Of a DNA stretch of 64,000 bases, positions 57,956 to 64,000 are shown piece after piece. Numbering within the stretch: the stretch's first letter is position 1; every line of letters begins with the position of its first letter. This stretch comes from the human T2T-CHM13v2.0 reference genome, Homo sapiens: NCBI RefSeq assembly GCF_009914755.1, contig NC_060929.1; one strand, written 5' to 3'. The position numbers and the translations under genes are program-made. The notes below the pieces were generated by a model. That model was not told the origin of the DNA, ran no database searches, and worked only from the letters and a program-made list of their open reading frames with translations.

Positions 57956-59104
57956 AGTTTCATGATCAATTCATATAAAATACGGTCTTTGGTAGCCTAT
58001 TGTCCATCCTATTTCTGTATTCCTGAACTCCTAGTAATGTCTGAAAGAAAGATTTCTGAAAACTCACTGGTCACAAAATTGTTGAAATAGAATTTTAATA
58101 GCACTTGCCATAAATCAAACTAAATGTTACTAAATTATAGGAAAGTTGAAATTTTGTATTTAAACCTGAGTGTAGGGATGCCTTTTTTCCCCTGCTTAAG
58201 TTACTGAAACCCGTGAGTATCTTCAATTTTCTTCTACACTGGCTTGCATTTTGTACTCCTGTCCTTTTACATTCTCCTGAGACCTGGTAATCTGAATCAA
58301 CTTCGCATCTGACGAAATAAGAAAAAATTCCTCTGGCCCACTCTGAGTTGTATCCTTAGCCCTGTAAGTTACTGGAAAAACAAAAACAAACAAATAAAAT
58401 CAAGTAATAGCAGATGACTTATTGCATTAAATAATTTCCTTTTTTATTTGATGTCCTTTTTTTCTCACTTCTCTATTTAATGGACAAATAATGACTCCCA
58501 CTTTAGTGATAGGCTTATTTGCACTTTAGGCTAATAACGAATGACAATATAGCATGGATAAAAGTAGTTCCTAAATTAATTAGATATTTTATTTGGGATA
58601 AAACCAGAGGCCAATTAACATATCAAGTCTGTGGTTTTGTAATGAATAAAAGTCTAATTTTACTATATTTAAAAATAATAACAAGGTAATTATAAAGACA
58701 TTGCAGTGCTTTGTTCCCTTTTCTGATATTTTTGGTATATGAAACAAGAGAGACTAAGTAAATGTGGTTTCAATTCAAGATCATGTCACTTTGATGTATA
58801 TGTTTTTCACAGTTACTGCAATCAAGTGTATTTACTTTTCACTTACGTTTAGAAATGAATAATATATTGCTAAGCATGCATTTCAATGTAGTTTTAAAGA
58901 TCACATTTTAGTCATGTGAAATTTGATCTCATTTCTCTTTTTTCTCTCTGTAGCAAAATTATGATTTTCTAAGGATCAATGTTTAGGAACTGACCCTACT
59001 GCTATCTAACTCTACCTCCTAAACAAGGATTTCAAAATAGCTTCTTTTTCAACTTATAAAATATAAAAATAGTTTCTTATCCTATCTCAGAAAATCTACC
59101 CCTT

Positions 59105-59450
59105 TTTAAAAAGTGAACTACTATTGAAATATGGCGTACATACAAAAAAGTACACAAATCACAATGTTCAGTTCAATAGATTGTCTCAAAGTTAATATGC
59201 TGTGGAACCACAAGATTGATAAGAAATAGAAAATTAATGTACCCACATGTCCCTTTTTGTGCATTTCCAGTCATTATCACCCTTCCCAAAAGCACTCAGT
59301 ATTATGACTTTTATTACCATTGTATAGATTTGCCAGTTTTCATGATTTATCTGTCTGTCTGCTTTCATTTAAAGTTATGGTTGGGAGATTCACTCATACC
59401 ATTGATTTAGAAAACGTTCACTCATTTTCACTAATGTGCATAATTCCATC
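59105..59450 (-). mobile_element. L1ME-like 3' fragment
   Basis: CATACAAAAAAGTACACAAATC and ATAGATTTGCCAGTTTT motifs. Confidence 0.6.
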
Positions 59451-59456
59451 GCCTTG

Positions 59457-59831
59457 TGTATTACTCTGTTTTCACAATGCGGATAAAGACATACTTGAGA
59501 CTGGGAAATTTACAAAAGAAAGAGTTTTAATGGATTTACAGTTCCACATGGCTGAGGAAACCTCACAATCATGGTGGAAGGAAAGGAGGAGCAAGTCACG
59601 ACTTACATGAATGGCAGCAGGCAAAGAGAGAGAGCTTGTGCAAGGGAAGCTCTCTCTCTTTTTAAAACCATCAGATCTTGTAAGACTTATTCACTATCAT
59701 GAGAATATCATGAGAAAGACCCACCCCCATCATTCAATTACCTCCTACTGAGTCCCTCCCATGACACGTGGGAATTGTGGGAGTTCCAATTCAAGATGAG
59801 ATTTGGGTGGGGACACAGCCAAACCATATCA
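59457..59831 (-). mobile_element. THE1 (THE1A/B-like) solo LTR
   Basis: TGTATTACTCTGTTTTCAC...GATAAAGACATAC...GAGATTTGGGTGGGGACACAGCCAAACCATATCA. Confidence 0.95.
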
Positions 59832-60859
59832 CTTTAGTATAATTATAGTGTTATCACTTTACTTGATATGGTCACACTTTTTATTTTTCTCATTGTGATT
59901 AGTGTGTTACTTTTTTTCATCCTAGTTACTAAGTTGTATTGAATAATAAATATAAATTTACAAAAACAAAGTCTCGGTACTATGACTTGAATATGATCCA
60001 GGTAGATGTCATTAATCAAACATTTACTATGTTCTTAAAATAAACCAGACAGTATTCTAGGCTCTAGGCATTAAAATGTTGAATTGGACTAATATTCTTA
60101 GAACCAAAATTATGAGGAAGAGAGACAAATAACATATAAGTAAATAACAAAATATCTAATAGAGACAATATTATGAATAACACAAAGCATTTTTATCAGT
60201 GAGTTAGGGAGAGTATTAAACATAAGATGCAATTTATTTTAGGCAAAACATATTTTGGTAAATAAAAGTTTATAAAAAAGTTTAATAAAAAGTTTGTAAA
60301 GTTAAACATCACTCCTAATACATCCATTAATTGCAACAGAAAAAATATCGGAAATTTATCATTTTGAGACTGAAGTCTCTGAATTTTCTTTTGACCTTTG
60401 GGGGCACTCAGACTTAGAAAAATTCAGATGTATTCTATAAGATTTAATTGAATTTTGGACTAGAATTTAAAATATTAACTAAAATGTATGCGTATTTTTG
60501 TATTTATAATTGTTCACTTACATTAGGTTATTCCTTGGATACAAATAAATTTTTACCCTCCAAAATTATGAGCCAATTTATTTTTAGTGTTTTTGCTTAA
60601 AATCTAGATGTTTTAAATAAGTGTTTTCAATGATCAACATGCCAATGGCTCACCATTAAGTATACATACACACATATATGTGTGTACGTGTATATGTGAA
60701 ATTTCTATTGAGTTAACCTTATAATAATTTCTAAGTCTTTATAGTAATGTTTAGTTTATAGGCATAATTTTCAGATTTTATTTTTTTATTTTTATTTTTT
60801 AACTTTCTGAGTGGAGATTTTATTTAATTGTTGGTTTAAAATGCAATAAGAATTTATAC

Positions 60860-63800
60860 TTTTTTAAACTTTTATGTTAAGTTCAGGGATACATGTGCAG
60901 GTTTGTTGTATAGGTAAACTTGTGTCATGGGGTGTTGTTGTTACACAAATTATTTCATCACCTAGGTATTAAACCTAGTACTCTTAGTTATTTTCCCTCA
61001 TCCTCTCCCTCCTCCCACCCTCCACCCTCTGACAGGCCCCAGTCTGTGTTTGTCCCTTCTATGCGGCTATGTGTTCTCATTATTTACCTCCCACTTATAA
61101 GTGAGGACATGTGGTATTTGGTGTACTGTTTCTGTGTTAATTTGCTAATAATGATGGCTTCCAGTTCCAACCGTGTCCCTGCAAAGGACATTATCTTATT
61201 CTTTTTTATGACTGTATAGTGTTCAATGGTGTATATATACTGCATTTTCTTTATTCAATCTATCATTGATGGACATTTAGGTTGATTCCATGTTTTTGTT
61301 ATTGTGAATAATGCTGCAATGAACATACATGCGCATGTGTCTTTATGGCAGAAAAATTTATATTCCTTTGGGTATATACCCAGTAATGGGATTGCTAGGT
61401 TGAATGGTATTTCTGTCTTTAGGTCTTTGAGGAATCACCACACTGTCATCCACAAAAGTTGAACTAAATTACACTTCTATCAACAGTGTATAAGCTTTCC
61501 TTTTTCACTGCGTGTTCACCAGCATCAGTTATTTTTTGACTTTTTAACAACAGCCATTTTGACTGGTGTTAGATAGTGTCTCATCGTGGTTTTGATTTGC
61601 ATTTCTCTAATGACCAGTGATGTTGAGCTTTTTTTTCATATGATTGTTGGCTGCATGTATATCTTCTTTTGAAAAGTGTCTGGTCATGTTCATGTCCTTT
61701 GCCCGCTTTTTCAATGGGGTTGATTGTTTTTTCTTGAAAATTTAAGTTCCTCATGAATGATGGATATTAGACCTTTGTCAAATGCATAGGTTGCAAAAAT
61801 TTTCTCCCATTCTGTAGGTGGTCTGTTTACTCTGATGATAGTTTCCTTTGCTGTGCAGAAGCTATTTTGCTTAATTAAATTCCATTTGTCCATTTTTGCT
61901 TTTGTTGCAATTGCTTTTGGTATCTCCATCATGAAATCTTTGCCCATACCCATATCCTGAATGGTATTGCCTAGGTTGTCTTCCAGGGTTCTTATATGCT
62001 GGGGTGATACATTTAAATCATTAATACCTCTTCAGTTCTTTTTTGTATATGGTGTAAGGAAGGGGTCCAGTTTTAATCTTCTGCATATGGCTAGCTAGTT
62101 ATTCCAGCACCATTTAATGAATAGGGAATCCTTTCCCCATTGTTTGTTTTTGTCAGGTTTGTCAAAGGTCAGATAGTTGTAAGTGTGTGGTCTTATTAAT
62201 GGATTCTCCATTCCTTTCCATTGGTCTATATGTCTGTTTTTGTACCAGTACCATACTGTTTTGGTTACTGTAGTCCTGTGGTATAATTTGAAGTCAGGTA
62301 GCATGATGCCTCCAGCTTTGTTCTTTTTGCTTGGGATTGCTTGGCTATTTGGGCTATTTTTTTTTGCCCCATATCAATTTTATAATAGCTTTTACTAGTT
62401 CTGTGAAGAATATAAATGGCAGCTTAATAGGAATAGTATTGGATCTATAAATTGCTTTGGGCAGTATGGCCATTTTAAGGATATTGATTCTTCCTATCTA
62501 AGAACATGAAATGTTTTTTCTTTCAGTTCTGTCATCTCTGATTTCTCTGATCAATGGCTTGTAGTCCTTCTTGTCTCTACAAGAAGACAAGGAAAGGGAG
62601 ATCTTTTACCTCTGTAGTTAGCTGTATTCCTATGTATTTTATTCTTTTTGTGGCAATTGTGAATGAGACTTCCTTCCTGATTTGGCTCTTGGCTTGACTG
62701 TTGTTGTTGCTGTATAGGAATGTTAGTAATTTTTGCAAATTGATTTTGCATCCTGAGACTTTGCTGAAACTGTTTATCAGCTTAAGAAGCTTTGGGGCTG
62801 AAACTATGGGATTTTCTAGATATAGGATCATGTCATCTGCAAACAGGGATAATTTGACTTCCCTTCTTACTATTTGAATGTCCTTTACTTCTTTCTCTTT
62901 TCTGATTGCCCTGGCCAGAACTTCCAATACTATGTTGAATAGTAGTAGTGAGAAAGGGCATCCTTGTCTTTTGCCAGTTTTCAAAGGGAATGCTTCCAGT
63001 TTTTACCCATTCAGTATGATGTTGGCTGTGGGTTTGTCATAGATGGCTCTTATTATTTTGAGGTATGTTCCTTCAATACCGAGTTTATTGACAGTTTTTT
63101 TTAACATGAATGGATTTTGAATTTTATTGAAGGCCTTTATGCACCTATTGAGATAATTATGTCATTTTGTCGTTAGTTCTGTTTATGTGATGAATCAAAT
63201 TTATTGATTTGTGTTTGTCGAGTCAGCTTCACATACCAGTGATGATCATGGTCTAGATTTTCTAGTTTATGTGCATAGAGGTGTTTATAATATCCTCTGA
63301 TGTTTGTTTGTATTTCTATGGGGTCAGTGGTAATATCCCCCTTGTCATTTATGATAGTTTTTATTTGAATGTTCTCTTTTCTTATTAGTCTAGCTGGCAG
63401 TCTATCTATTTTATTAATTTTTTCAAAAAACCAGTTCCTGGATTCATTGATCTTTTGGATTGTTTTTGTGTTTCCATTTCCTTCAGTTCAGCTCTGATTT
63501 CTGTTATTTCTTGTCTTCTGCTAACTTTAGGATTTGTTTGCTCTTGGTTCTCCAGTTCTTTTAGTTGCGATGTTATGTGGTTAATTTGAGATCTTTCTAA
63601 ACTTTTGGATGTGAGCATTTGGTGCTATCAATTTCTCTGTTAATGCTGCCTTAGCTGTGTCCCAGAGATTCTGGTACATTTTATCTTTGTTCTCATTAGT
63701 TTCAAAGAACTTTTTAATTTCTGCCTTCATTTCATTATTTACCCGAAAGTCATTCAGGAGCAGGCTATTCGATTTCCATGTAATTGTATGGTTTTGAGTG

Positions 63801-64000
63801 AATTCCTTTGTCTTGATTTTGAATTTGATTGCACTGTGACTTGAGAGACTGCTTTGATTTCAGTTCTTTTGCATTTGCTGAGGAGGGTTTTATTTCTGAT
63901 CATGTGATATTTTAGAGTCTGTGCCATGTTGCTATGAGAAGAATGTATATTCTGTTGTGTCAGGGTGGAGAGGTCTGTAGATCTCTATCAGATCTGTTTG
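60860..64000 (-). mobile_element. L1PA13-15-like element (3'UTR and ORF2), running off the window end
   Basis: ORF 62577-62984 reads KTGKRQGCP...[14 protein letters not shown]; further ORF2 fragments; internal deletion near 63250. Confidence 0.96.

Noticed and set aside
60661-60694. TATACATACACACATATATGTGTGTACGTGTATA near-palindrome
   Set aside because: Adjacent CA/TG microsatellite-type sequence; common and low complexity.

Overview
AT-rich primate (human-like) genomic DNA, either intergenic or deep intronic. I see no intact protein-coding gene, RNA gene or CRISPR array. Much of the window is decayed transposable elements: several L1s, about 13 Alu or Alu-monomer copies, MaLR elements (MST/THE1, MLT1C, MLT1E), ERV solo LTRs, L2/MIR and a hAT remnant. 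The most notable feature is an old intronless CENPO (centromere protein O) retrocopy at about 23324-24303 plus probable 3'UTR. Its 5' half is inverted in the geometry expected from L1 twin priming. Smaller oddities include an exact 24-bp copy of an L1 segment inside an LTR 2.1 kb away, a fold-back insertion in an L1, two unexplained inverted-repeat structures, and several perfect tandem duplications. Repeat subfamily names and the CENPO match come from recalled sequences, not from a database search. I found no evidence for a new functional biological system.
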